Translations under genes and position numbers: made by a program
Part shown: in pieces, positions 63,820 to 64,000 of the stretch
How positions within the stretch are numbered: the stretch's first letter is position 1
Layout of the letters: each line of letters begins with the position of its first letter
Origin: Octopus bimaculoides
Taxonomy: Eukaryota
Assembly (NCBI RefSeq): GCF_001194135.2
Contig: NC_068991.1
Location: forward strand, 66,031,621 to 66,095,620
Length of the DNA stretch: 64,000 nucleotides
Direction of reading: 5' to 3'
The notes under the pieces: model-generated
Databases searched by the model: none
What the model was told of the DNA's origin: nothing
What the model saw: only the letters and a program-made list of their open reading frames with translations

Positions 63820-64000
63820 CTAAATAAAAGAAAATGAATAGTAAGCAAAGCAATGTGTAGATAGATGTGTGGTAGAAAGGATGGGCAGGTTTTTTTTTTC
63901 TTCTTCCAGTCATGTTTGATTGGAAATATAACTGATCATGAGTTTGTGTGTGTGTTTATTTCATTTACTTTTTCTCTCTTTAATTATCATTATTTGTTTT

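Overview
AT-rich, microsatellite-dense animal genomic DNA with nine N-gaps. The SINE families and repeat load suggest a coleoid cephalopod, probably Octopus (inference). The right half (30.6-64 kb) carries the 3' 15 coding exons of a minus-strand CLASRP (SFRS16/SWAP2, CLK4-associating SR-related protein) ortholog. I reconstructed these by hand: all introns are GT-AG, all phases match, and the total is 1897 nt (631 aa plus stop). The 5' exons lie beyond the window. The left half is mostly transposon debris. It holds two inverted mellifera-like DD34D mariners that share a sharply bounded ~513-bp near-identical tract, a fold-back mariner derivative, other Tc1/mariner remnants, a Helitron fragment, hairpin MITEs and at least five SINE families. 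RTE LINE fragments and a maT-like remnant sit in CLASRP introns. Two things are not explained by known features. One is an indel-free 24 x 15-bp array that reads as a His-rich (V/I)K(V/A)(G/D)H repeat on the minus strand and as a canonical-looking (A/V/T)-N-F-x-x pentapeptide-repeat protein on the plus strand. The other is a candidate unannotated plus-strand exon or small ORF at 10573-10740. I cannot establish a new biological system from sequence alone; these are the best leads.
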